Below are positions 1 to 11,652 of a stretch of DNA of 64,000 bases, piece by piece. The translations under genes and the position numbers were made by a program. The stretch is from Eledone cirrhosa (Eukaryota). Position 1 is the stretch's first letter; every line of letters starts with the position of its first letter. The notes below the pieces were generated by a model, which saw only the letters and a program-made list of their open reading frames with translations, made no database searches and was not told where the DNA came from. The stretch is taken from contig OZ024742.1 in NCBI GenBank assembly GCA_964016885.1, positions 56,854,001-56,918,000 on the forward strand, read 5' to 3'.

Positions 1-617
1 AGGAGAACCCCTACCGATGCGCTGAACGAGTGTGACATTTTAGTCCAGCCAGCAACTTGAAAACTCTGGTACAAACACTACACCTGTGACAATTATTGAC
101 ACATAGTGCTGGGCCCATGGTACCATGTGATGACAAGTGCAGAGAGATCTCCAGATATAAAGCAATGCCTGTGCCGTGAAGCTTTTATAGTGAGCAAAGG
201 CACTGCACAGAGCCAGTCCCACTCTCTTAACCAAGATGATATTTACCAAAAAGAAGACAAGTCAATATCATTGGATACCATCAGGGTTGCAGGTGTTATA
301 TCAGAGTTTTCCTTCTCCTAGAATTCTGCCTTGACAAAGGCTAAGGGGTCATCTCTCCCGGAAAAACATACATACATACATACATATACGTATGCATGTA
401 CGTATATATATATAACCTCCCTCCTCCACTTCATACACTAGCCTTAGAATCTGCTGTATACATGTCACTTTCAACGCTCCACTCACTCCCCTATTGTTCT
501 ACAGGCAAGTTCAGCCACCCCTACCTCCCACCAAATGCCATGATAGACTTATTTGTGTTTACAACAAATTTTAACCAATCCTCTGGACAACTACAATCTT
601 CCCATATAAGGAAGTAC

Positions 618-711
618 CCTCTTGAAAAGTTCGGCTATTTATTCACCAGGCGAAACATTCTAATTTAGTCCAGAAATAGTCGTCGAAACGGCTTGAGCTC
701 TGCCGTCGGGG
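618..711 (+). ncRNA. Type I hammerhead ribozyme, U3-A8 core variant
   Basis: cctc TTGAAAA G..cggctattt(loop)aaatagtcg.C GAAA Cggc(loop)gccG TC gggg: stems I, II (9 bp) and III all pair, GUC triplet at 705-707. Lies in a ~310 bp insert (413-725) flanked by (AT)n. Confidence 0.7.
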
Positions 712-1429
712 TCATACTTTTTCCTATATATATATATACGTAAGTATGTATGCATGTGTGTGTGTTTAACTCTGAAATAACTCCCCCGTGGTCAAGGCGA
801 AACCTGGAGAGAGATAGACTTGGCCAGATTTATATCCAGAATATGCGCCATATGTCCCAAATGCACCCCTATCATTTCATTTAGTGTTGATGGCTCAAGA
901 ATGGAAACGTACATGTTATCAAACATTACTCTTCTAGAAGGTTCTGGACATTGTTCATTGAGTATATGATAATCCACACATTGGAGTGTACAGTAACCAA
1001 TCAGATGTTTATTACTTAAATATAAAGTGCTCACCAAATGTCTACATAAACGATTTACTTATATCCTATTCACTATCAGTAAGTTCTAGTTGAAAGTTTC
1101 AAGGCTCACATAATATTTGAACCATGTAAGCATTGAATACTGTAAAAATGGGATAAGATTATCCAGCAAGAAGAAATGCTGAAGCAGTTTCAACTCCCTT
1201 TTCAAGGGATTTCATTTAATTTTCACGGCTTGGAATAGATACAGGCATGCATAGTCCCGTAACTCCCGAGGGAGTCGTAGGGGAGTCATATTGATATACG
1301 GCGTTTCAAAAGCATTTTTGAACATGGTGAAGCCCAATCCTCTGCATCTCTGAATACAACCGATTTCTTCCAGAGAAGGGAAGAGAGAGGGAGTGAGAGA
1401 ATGGAAGTGAAAAAGAGATATAGAGGAAA

Positions 1430-1590
1430 AATCGGCCCCAGTACTATACTGATACTTTTTTTATCGACCTCGAATGGATGAAAGGCAAAATTGACCTCGG
1501 CACTATTTTATCTGAGAGAGCAAGTAGTCGAAACGAATACCGTAAAGTATTCTATACGAGGCACCAAAGACGCTGCTAATTCACCGCCTT
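1430..1590 (-). mobile_element. Degraded tRNA-derived SINE fragment (main family)
   Basis: ttatcgacctcgaatggatgaaaggcaaaattgacctcgg matches the family at 3068-4316. Confidence 0.7.
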
Positions 1591-3067
1591 TTGAAATAGA
1601 TAAAAACACCCAATGCATCTTGGTTCCCAAATATTAAGCAATTACCCTTCAAGCCAGTGGATTTAGTATCTCCTGAAAATCTATGGGAGGCATCTATAAA
1701 TTCCATGTAAGTGCCAGTGTTGGGGCACCACCATTACATGTTAAACATTTTCTATCTGTTATTAAAAGAGAAATTAAAACTGCTTCCTGATCCTTAATTA
1801 GTCTTTTGAATCTCAAGGAAATCATCTTAGTGGTTAGGTGTATCAAGGACGAGTTATCTTGATGAAAAATATTTTTCTCTGGTGTAAGGACATATGACAC
1901 AAACAGACAGGGGAAGGGAGCAATAAATAAACTGAAATAACTTTCCAGGAATCGAAACTGCTACAGAATCATACCATTGTAAGATTTACGAAACCTTTCT
2001 CTAGAATAACGTAATGATTATTTCTTGTCATCAAAGTGAAGAATGCTAAGTGCAATATTATATTTTCCGATGGAACCGTTCTGATCGTATCGTAATTGGA
2101 AATTTCCATTTAGTAAGCGGTGAACTATCTACAGAAGATCAATAGGTTTCATGTCTCCAATAAACGCACAGTAAATAGTCCAAAGTAATGTGCTGCAATT
2201 ACATATCGATATAAAACCACCTCCTGGCCAATAAATTTCTGAAATACTCTATTTCTAAAGTTCCCTTTTACTTCTAATATCGTTAACTTTTTCACACTCG
2301 ACGAACGATTAAAATATGATGTTGCTTTAGAAAGCTCAGTTAACATCGCCTTCGCCAGATTCATGGTTGAGCTTTAGCTTCCTTAGTAAAACGTATCGAC
2401 ATTTGGTAACAACACTGCCTTTTATCTCTGTATTGTTAAGAAGTTCTCTTCTCAACGATTCTTCTCCGAGTTCTATCTCAGTGCATGGCAAATTCTACAA
2501 GTATCTGCTGCCATAGCATCTGATTTACCAACAAACTATGATTGAAATTTAGTTGGCGAAACTGAACGATGTACATCATATATATGTGTGTCTACGTGTA
2601 TATCTCTCACTGATGTGTATTGGAGACGTTGCGATATTTGTTCTTCTCCGAGTTACAGGCACCTGTTGATATCAATGACCCAGTAAATGACCCGTTGGAA
2701 ACATGTAACCAACGAGACTACTTTCCATTAATTGCATCACAACATTATTTAGAAAAATATATAGAAATATGTGAGGATCATGAACTGTTCAAAGCAGTGA
2801 CGTTAATCAAGTTTTTCTTTAACCCCAGAATATTCCCGATCAAGCAGACATGTGATCAAGAACGTGTCAGGTATTGCATATTATAAAATATTCCCTGTCT
2901 GTTTTTTTGTTTTTTTTAAAAGTGGTAGAGTATAGTTTGTGAACAATTTGGCTATTATTTCTAGCAGGATATGTCATCAATTACAGATACCTGCGTTGGC
3001 CCGTAGTTAGGCAGAATGGTTTGGAATTATTTTCTCGCCACACTTCCATTACTTACCTTGCACTCAT

Positions 3068-4316
3068 TATAATGGTTTCTAATTTAGGAGCAAGGTGATT
3101 GACCTGGGAGAGAGGAGAAAGTCCATTAAATCAACCCCAGTAATTTGCTGGTACAATATTTTGTCGATCTCAGAAAGATGAAATGCAAGTTGACCTCGGT
3201 GTGATTTGAACTCAGAATGTTGAGACACGTAACAAATGTCTCTGAAGATTTGTCCGATGATCTAACGATTCTGCCAATCCACCACCATCTACATAGGTAA
3301 AAATTGTTTCTACTCTTGGCACAAGGTCACGAAATTTGAATTTGATTGAAAGGACCCCAATGCATTTTTTTTAATTTTATTGACTCCGTGAAGATGAAAA
3401 GCAAAGCTAACCTCGGAGGGATTTGAACTCGGAACGTAAAGAGCAATAACTACAAAGCATGTTGGCCGACGCTCTATCGATACTACCAGTCTAACGTCCT
3501 ATACTAATAATAATTGTTTCTACTTTGGGCACAAGGCCAGCAATTACCTAGTACATTACTGGTACTTTATTTTATCGACCCCATAAGGATGAAAGGCAAA
3601 GTTAACCTCAGTGGGATTTGAACTCAGTTCGTAAAGGGACGTAACTGTGCTGCAAAGCATGGCGTCCGACCCTCTACCGATACTGCTAATCCACCTAAAA
3701 GGGTAATAATTGTTTCTATTTTAAGCACAAGGCCAGCAATTACCCAGTACATTACTGGTACTTTATTTTATCGACCCCGTAAGGATGAAAGGCAAAGTTA
3801 ACCTCGGCGGGATTTGAACTCAGAATGGCAAGGGCCATAACTCTATGCGTCAAAGCATGGCGTCCGACTCTCTACCGATACTGCCAATCCACCGCCTAAT
3901 AATTGTTTCTACTTTTGGCACAAGGCCAGCTATTACCCCAGTGTATTACTGGTACTTTATTTTATCGACCCCGTAAGGATGAAAGGCAAAATTAACCTCG
4001 GCGGGATTTGAACTCAGAATGGCAAGGGCCGTAACTCAATGCGTCAAAGCATGGCGTCCGACCCTCTACCGATACTGCCAATCCACCAGTAATAATTGTT
4101 TCTTATATAGGCACAAGGCCAGCAATTTTTGGGGAAGGGGAAGTCGATTAAATCGACCCCAGTGCGTGGCTGGTACTTTATTTTATCGACCCCGTAAGGA
4201 TGAAAGGCAAAGTTAACCTCGGCGGGATTTGAACTCAGATCATAAAGGACCGTAACTCAATGCGTCAAAGCATGGCGTCCGACCCTCTACCGATACTGCC
4301 AATCCACCAGTAATAA
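3068..4316 (-). mobile_element. Six head-to-tail copies of a tRNA-derived SINE (~190-230 bp each)
   Basis: Repeated unit; on the minus strand B-box GAGTTCAAATCCC, body ...cctttcatccttacggggtcgataaaataaagtaccag..., 3' end ccttgtgcc..agtagaaacaattatta. Confidence 0.9.
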
Positions 4317-4494
4317 TGAAACATATTCTTTCTCTCTACTATTCTTGAAACATGTAATTTAGGTGTTCAAGAGATTGATTCCGTTTCTCATAAATAATGG
4401 CACTATCATATATTTACTGGTAGCTTTCCAAGCTTCATTCAAAGAATAAAATATTGATGGTTCAAAGGATTTTTCATTGTGAACCAAAATAAGC

Positions 4495-5030
4495 TCACAC
4501 ATATACACGAGTTCATACATTTTATATATATACGTGTATATGTACTGGCATGTATGTACATAATGTATATATGTGTATGTTTGTGTGTATTTACATATAT
4601 GTATATGATGTATATATGTGTATGTGATCACATATACATATAATGTAATGTGTATGTACATACACATATATACGAAACATGTATACACTCACGTATATGT
4701 GCATTATGTAAATAGGCGTATGCAAACATATATGTAAATGATGTATATGCACATACATACAATATATATATATACATACACACACACATATATATATGTG
4801 TGTGTGTGCGTGCGTATACTGATATAAATATGTACATGATGTATATGTGTGTATGTACTCACATATATGTATGTACACACATACATCATATATATGTGTG
4901 TTTACTTACTAACATATATGTTTATGATGTATATGAATGTATGTATTCACATGAATGTACATGATGTATATATATATAGTTATGTATCTTTTTTTTTGTA
5001 TGTGCGTATTATGTTAGATATGTGATTACA
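4495..5030. repeat. Degenerate TA/TG/CA microsatellite
   Basis: Low-complexity atgtatat/acat; the ORFs called here are artefacts. Confidence 0.9.
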
Positions 5031-5473
5031 TATGTCTGATTCTTTATTAAGATGAAAAGCGATACCTGGGAGAAAGGTGAAGCATTAATTCAATTTCTGA
5101 TTACATATTGAAAATGTCGGAACTTATATTCCTAAGTCTGGGTTGAATTTTCAAAGTAAAGGTTATCCAATTTCCGCTAAAAATATGTATAACAGTAAAT
5201 ATAACATAGGAGACCAATATTAAGTTTACATCTTTCACTACTACACTGTTTGGGATATTTAATTGATATTATCTAATTTCATCGTATTTTATTTATCCTA
5301 TATCGCGGACAACCGGCTTTTACCTAGACATTCTTTCAAATGGAAATCATATTAATGACGCAAAGCATCAGTTATAAAAAAATATTTTCTGTAGTTCAAT
5401 CCTGTTTGAAAGGTATCACGTTTACACCTTACATGAATGGGAATTATCATTTTGAAAATAGAATATACATACA

Positions 5474-5570
5474 CAGGATGTCCCCAAAAAATGTATACAC
5501 ACTTCAACAGCATTCCGATAAATATTGCTTCTTACAGGTAATCAAAGTGTGTAAACATTTTTTGGGACAC
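5474..5570. mobile_element. Tc1/mariner-type MITE remnant
   Basis: Imperfect TIRs caggatgtccccaaaaaatgtatacacactt / aagtgtgtaaacattttttgggacac; the right end is cut. Confidence 0.6.
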
Positions 5571-6250
5571 GTTTGTTATAGCTCTGGTTCATTGAGCACT
5601 TGCCTCACATCTTGGAGGTTGTTTTTCGTTATTTCGTGGGCCGAAATGGGAATCTCGATAATTTATGTTTGTATTTATCTCCAGACTCTAGCTATTGACC
5701 AGTTAATTTTCTTGATTTTTTAGTTGATTCTATTGACTGATGAATAGCTTATGTTAATTTTAACCCTTCTGTTGAGATCTCTATTCGATTTGTGATGTTT
5801 TTGCATTCTTGCAAAAATATACACAACTGAATTTATTCGCCTGATATAGGGGCTGCCTCCCTTGCCGATCCCCACGTGGAGTCAGCAATAGTCAGTCCTA
5901 ATATTAACATTGAACTAAAACCTGTTAAGAAAGTGGCTTCCTTGTTCAATCATCTTACCAGAAGCCTGACATTATTTATGTAGGCGGACGGTACTTGATT
6001 TAGGAGCCGCAGAAACTCAAATACTGGATTTTACCAACCTTCCAGGGGTCCGGGTAAATTTTTCAATACCCGAATTACTTGATCGTTTTTTGGCTATGCG
6101 AATGATTGTTTAACCATCGCCTCAGTGTGTTTGGCCTTTAACGTTTGTTATAGCTCTGGTTCTTCTGAATCATTGAGCACTTGCCTCACATCTCGGAGGT
6201 TGTTTTTATTATTTCGTGGGCCGAAATGCGAATCTCGATAATTTATGTTT
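5570..6250. repeat. ~100 bp direct repeat (5570-5670, 6142-6250) around ~470 bp of unique sequence
   Basis: Both copies read cgtttgttatagctctggttc...gagcacttgcctcacatc...gggccgaaatg.gaatctcgataatttatgttt. Confidence 0.8.
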
Positions 6251-6586
6251 ATATATATATATTTTTTTATTTTTTATTTATATATATATATGATAATAAT
6301 AATAATATTAATAATAATAATAATAATAATAATAATGATTTCTTTATTAACCACAAGGGTTTACATAAAGTAGACATTAAGGACAGTGCAGGACAATGCA
6401 GGACGGTACAAATGGGCATTTCTGCGTGTAAAAAACAAAAACAGAGGATGTAACAAAAAATAACAATGAAAAATTCCCCAATAGGGGGGAGACTTCGGAG
6501 GGATATTTGTGGAGAAAGCCCAGTAAAAAGACACAATGACCCTGACCACCAAGGCAAGTGCCCTCTCCCAGTTTTCCACCTTTAAT

Positions 6587-9549
6587 TTACAGATATATAC
6601 ACAGAGTAGGCCCATTCACTCGGGCCATTCTTGCTTCTCTCACCCATCTTTCAACAAAATGCTGGGAAGAGAGCACTTCCCTCTCTACTCTGATTTTCCT
6701 TTTCAAATGAAATTTGAAAAAGTCAATCAGTGCATCACCGAAGAGGTAAGTGCTCGTCTTCAGCCCTTTCAAACGTGTCCACCATACTATCTCTTTCGCC
6801 ATGGCCACCAGACAGATAAAAACTGCCTGCCCTTCCCGGCTAAAGGAGGAGGGCGGGGCAATCCTCACGATGGACTCAGATGACAGCCGGATCCGTCCTA
6901 AACGCGACAGCAGGTGTTCGACATAAACCCACAAGTCAGCAATTTTTGGACACTGGACGAGTGCGTGCAGGACGGTTTCGTCGCCCTGCGCGCATCTCGG
7001 ACATGCCCGGCTGATGGCACCTCCATGCCTGTAGAGTTTATCCCGAACTGGCAAGGCTCCTCGGTAGCACTGCCAGGCCAGAGATTTCTGAAAGTTGTCC
7101 ATAGGCCCTCGCCCGAAAGTTGATTTTCGTCGACGCCTAGAGTTTCCCCAAGTACGTCGTCGCTCTTCCCCTCCACTAATCCTCTATAGAACGCCGAGGT
7201 GGAGTTTCCACCGATCACATTGCCCGATTGGTCGAGGGCTGTGAGCGCCTGAAGACATTCCAGTCTCCAAGCGCTCCCTCTCTGAACCAGACCCTAGCAA
7301 TTTAACCGGTCCGTCCGTCCAGCGTCCGACGACGCTGTTGGACGGCATGGACCTGCCTCTCCAGGTGCCGCGCTGCAGGCCCACTGACTTTTCCTGGTTG
7401 ATCATTGTTCCTGTCACCGCTTCGTATTCTCTTAGTGTAGTGCCGATCGCCTCGATGTGTTTGGCGCTCGACACCACTACGGTGACATCGTCCGCATATG
7501 CTGACACTGATCTTCCGCATCCTAGTTCGCGCGGGACTCCCCTCAACGTCTCCAATTTGTGCAGTAATGGCTCGAGAGTCAATAAGTACAATAGGGACGA
7601 GAGGGGACATCCTTGGCGGACCGAGCGCATGATGTTGAACGGTTCCGACAGGTGACCGTTCACTCTCACCACAGAGCAGATGTCGCTGTGCATGGCAGCG
7701 ATCCAGCCTCTGAAGACGGGCCCAAAGCCAGCCGCCCTCAGGACGGCCGCTAGGTAACGATGGTCGACCCTATCGAAAGCTTTCGACTGATCTAAATTGA
7801 TCAAGGACCCACCCGTGCCAGGTTCCTTAGCTACCCTCTCTATGATGTATCGCATGAGGTGGAGGTTGTCGTGGATGGATCTGTCGGGAATGGCGCATGT
7901 CTGCGCGTCTCCCACCAGACCACCAACGACAAGCGCCAACCTCTTTGCTAGCACCTTGGCCAAAATCTTGAACTCTGTGTTTAGCAGAGTTATGGGCCGG
8001 AAATTATCTATGTTATCCCCCTTGTTCGGATCCTTTCTCAGCAGTGCCACCGCTCCTCGGCTCACAGAACTGGGAATTCTCCCGTTCTGTTGCCAGTTGC
8101 AGTAGACGTCCGCCAAGAGGGCTCCGAACAAGTCTGGCATCTGTACGTAAAGTTCATAGGGCAGACCATCCAAACCAGGCGATTTACCCCTTGTGCAGCC
8201 AGTCATTGCCTCCCTTACTTCAGCGGCTGTTATCGGCTTTTCGCAACACTCCGCCTCAGTGGCCGAGAGCCGCGGCAGTCCGTCGAGGTAGACACTAAAG
8301 TCCATCCCTCTACCCGGCCCACCGCTGCCCCCGAACAGCTGAGCGAAGTGTCGCTGAAAAGCTTCACACATTTTCCCGGGATCGAGTAGCATGCGCCCGT
8401 CGTGGTCCACCAAAGACCGGATCGTGGCTTTGTTGCCACGACGCGCCTCCGCCACTCGGGCCCATTGAACGGCTTTCGTCCCCTCGTGTCTGAGAGCACG
8501 CACCCTTGCTCTGACAACGCAGCCTTCGTGCTTTGCATTGAAGAATTGGTCAAGGGCCAATTTCGCCGCAAGCACGTCGGTCGCAATGCCTTTGCTAAGC
8601 GCCTCGTCTAATTTTCTAACTAGTTCTCCCTCTGCTCTATTTTTCTCTATTGCTAAAGCCTTACTAAACCTAATCGATTCTATTCTAATCGCTCTTTTCA
8701 GAGCAAACCACCACTTGTTGTTGACGATGACCCCGTCAACGCCCGCTTAACTAGTTCGCTAATCCGGTCTCTGTAGGCCTTGCGCGCTGGTAAGGACGCG
8801 TTTAGCTTCCAGTAGCCGGGTCTTCGTCTATGAAGCCTATCTAAGTCAAGCACACAGATCACGAATTTGTGGTCCGTGTAGCTGACTATCTTGAATTGTG
8901 GACAGCCTATGCTAGACCTATCTATTTCCCTACAAAATACTCTATCTAGATATGATCTGGATGACCCTATGCGGTTTGTCCAAGTCCACATTGGCACATT
9001 CGGGAAATCCAATCGGTACCTGTCAGACAGTTCAAAACACCTGAGCAGGTTGGTGAGGCTCTTGCACCCTCCACCCCTATCCGCTAATCCCACACAGTCC
9101 CAACGTGCATCTAAGATCCCGTTCCAGTCGCCCACTAACACTAAAGAGCGGGACGTTCCAAGAAAGGTCTCCAGACGCCGGAAGAAATCAGGCCACCCTG
9201 CTCCTGTCGGGGCATAGACGGCCACTAGCCTGAAAGCTTGCCCGTCTCTGCTGGTTACGTCCAGCACCACCAGCTTACCCTCTGGGTCCAGGAAGATGGC
9301 CCGTATGGCGAGATCCAAACCTCTCCGAAAAAGCACAGCAACTCCTCCACCCGATCCAGGACGGCTGGGAGATGCGTACACATCGTAGCCGCCGAAGATC
9401 GGTGCGAAGGCCCGTGCTTCGGAGATTCTGGTCTCGCTGATGGCCACTACATCTATGTTTAGTGACCTGAGGTCGTTGAGCAGGTGACCCTGCTTCCATG
9501 ACGACCCCAAGCCACGCGCATTTATGCTGCCTATTCTGAGTGAGGTCAT
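6587..9549 (-). pseudogene. ORF2 (APE-RT-zinc finger) of copy A, frameshifted
   Basis: Three ORF-track segments in different frames carrying the domains in order. Confidence 0.9.
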
Positions 9550-9584
9550 GTTTAAAATAGAGTGGAAAAGATGGGAAAGACCAC

Positions 9585-11166
9585 TTACCGTACTTTTGGT
9601 AGAGGAGGGATGGTTTTTACATCCCTTTTCACTTGATCGTCTGGTGAAGGGACCGTTGAATCGTCCCTTCGGCTGGTCGTCGGCTCTTCTAAGAGAATGT
9701 CTGAATATACTCTTCGATTGATGGTTCTTCCTAGGTCCCTGAAATCACCAACTGCGTTGGGGAATTTCGTTTTAATGTTTGTGTATTGTTTCTGTGCTAT
9801 TTTTAGCAGTCTTATGTTAGTTGGCGTTTTGATTGGTGCTGGTATTATGTAGTCCTGTTGTGAAATGTCTGTGTTCAATTATGTAAGTCATTAGTTTCTT
9901 GTGTGTATTTATTGCCGTGCATTTGTTTTTCTGGGGGTGGGGTGTGGTTCTGTTATTTTCTTGTCGTTGTTGCTGGGTGTGTGTGTTTTGTTGTTGTGTT
10001 TGCGATGTTGGTGCTTGTGGTGGTGGTGTTGAAGGTGTTGTTGGCGGTGGGGTTGTCGCCGGTGGTGATGGTGGTGCTAGTGTGGGTGGTGATGGTGTTG
10101 GTGGTGTTGCTGCTGTGGGTCTCTTTCCAGTAGACTTTACCCTTTTCTCATTTCTTTCCTCCCTTTTCAAAGGCAACGATACGCTGCTTCTGCGTTTGTG
10201 CCTTCTTACGACCTTTTGCCATCTCTCTCCCACCTCACACTCCATGTCTGATTCTGTGAGGTCGGGGAGGGGTACCAGCTCCACTCTTTCACTTGTTGTT
10301 GTTGGTGATGTTTGCACTGGAGTCTCTGTTGCAGCTGCATTTGGTATTGCTGTTGTTATTGTTAATATTTCCACTGCTGCTGCTGTTTTTGATTTCCGTG
10401 GCGTGGGTATGGGTGCCACGGACCTATCGTTCCTGGTTGCCGCTTGTCCTGTTGCTGGTAGCCGTGGAGCTGGTTTCGGAAGGATGGAGCTTTTCTCCTT
10501 TCTCAGGGTCTTCTCGTTGCAGAAGGCCCTGAGATGAGTCTTCGATCCACAGCGAAAGCATTTCGGGCGTTTGCCCTCAACACTTATGGGCAGTTGAGTG
10601 CCGTTATCGAAGTCTATCACATCCGGGATAGCTTCGATGCACTCCTGGTTGGTTTGGATTAGCATCTCAATGGAGGTGCCGACCCAATCTTCTCTCACTT
10701 TTTTCTGTACTTGCAGTACAGTTGTTTTGTCCTCGATTCCGACGAGGACAGACGCGGCCAGCCAAGAAGGGGCCATTCCGGGGGGGACGTGGGTCAGTTT
10801 GACCCTCACAATTTTTTGCCCGCAGTAGGAGGGCACCAACACCATTTCGTCGCTCCTTAGGGTCACTACTGATTGGTCCTTTGCCTCCTGGGGTGTGGCA
10901 AAAAGTACGTCTACGGTGGCGTATTTTTTGCCTCGGGTGGTGTGCGTTTTACACTGTCACACAGACCCCAAGGCTTTTTGTATTTGGGCCTCTGTGGCTC
11001 TTTCCACCCTACGGGATTTTGTACTTACTGTACGGTACGTGACCGTACAGTGCTGTTGGGTTTCGAAAAATTTTTCCGCTGCCTTGCACATTGCTCGGTG
11101 TCCATTCTTTGTCACCATCTTCTTCGCTTCCTCTAATTCCTCATTTGTTATGAGGATTGTTTCCAA
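9585..11166 (-). pseudogene. ORF1 (gag-like, single zinc knuckle, P/T/Q-rich linker) of copy A
   Basis: ORFs 10957-11193, 9817-10866 and 9585-9878. Confidence 0.8.
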
Positions 11167-11185
11167 ATAATAATAATAATAATAG

Positions 11186-11580
11186 TAATACAAGGACGAT
11201 TTGTTAAGCCTTCATTATGTTTATTGATTGATGACGCGCGTTTCGCTATTGATCAGCTCAAGGTTTGATCTGTATCGATCTGGCCCGACTCTGGAATCAA
11301 GAGCTCGTCAGACTTCTGTTGTAATAATGTCATTACTACAACAGACGTCTGGCGAGCTCTTGATTCCAGAGTCGGGCCAGATCGATACAGATCAAACCTT
11401 GAGGTGATCAATAGTGAAACGCGCGTCACCAATCAATAAACGTAGTGAAGGCTTAACAAATCGTCCTTGTATTATTATATTACACTCTGTCTAGCTCTAC
11501 TCCTCGCTACTGACATGTACCTAAACATCGAGTGCTCACCTGGGTAAACCTACAGTAACTTCACCTTACACTCCCTGGAT
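11186..11580. mobile_element. Fold-back insert (arms ~11186-11326 / 11335-11476) plus ~100 bp tail; probable Penelope-like pLTR remnant
   Basis: Near-perfect palindrome; each arm has a hammerhead-like motif followed by AATAAA; the tail ends in (AT)n. Confidence 0.75.
11231..11313 (-). ncRNA. Hammerhead-like motif with weak stem I; mirror copy at 11347-11430 (+) has an A6>G change
   Basis: CTGACGA GCTcTTGAT...ATCAAtAGC GAA ACGCGCGT C: long stem II, palindromic stem III, GUC triplet. Confidence 0.6.
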
Positions 11581-11593
11581 ATATACATGTATG

Positions 11594-11651
<58 letters not shown>

Positions 11652-11652
<1 letters not shown>

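Larger units (their letters stand above)
6337..11166 (-). mobile_element. Tx1-clade (L1 group) LINE copy A, 5'-truncated, flanked by (AAT)n on both sides
   Basis: ORF1 with CCHC knuckle CFRCGSKTHLRAFC (9817-10866); APE endonuclease (8698-9549: INARGL, SET, GDWN, YLDR, TDH); RT (7184-8575: SPGLDGL, FRPITLLN, QGCPLS, YADD); C-terminal CPRC..H..C (6587-7102); 3' end AATAAAGAAATC then (ATT)n. Internal deletion after GPVKLLG. Confidence 0.95.

Noticed and set aside
780-2400. Possible old LINE remnants (also 39980-41300 and 44230-44900)
   Set aside because: Too degraded to assign by eye.
3068-4316. CRISPR-like or tRNA gene array
   Set aside because: Units are ~200 bp SINEs with a B-box; there is no repeat-spacer pattern, no full cloverleaf and no cas genes.
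5731-5800. CTGATGA with a possible stem II
   Set aside because: GAAA is replaced by GATT and no stem I partner is present.
9899-10537. Antisense V/G/C-rich ORFs opposite Tx1 ORF1 (also near 22.5, 28.6, 33.5 and 62.5 kb)
   Set aside because: By-product of the A/C-rich low-complexity linker; no conserved sequence between copies.
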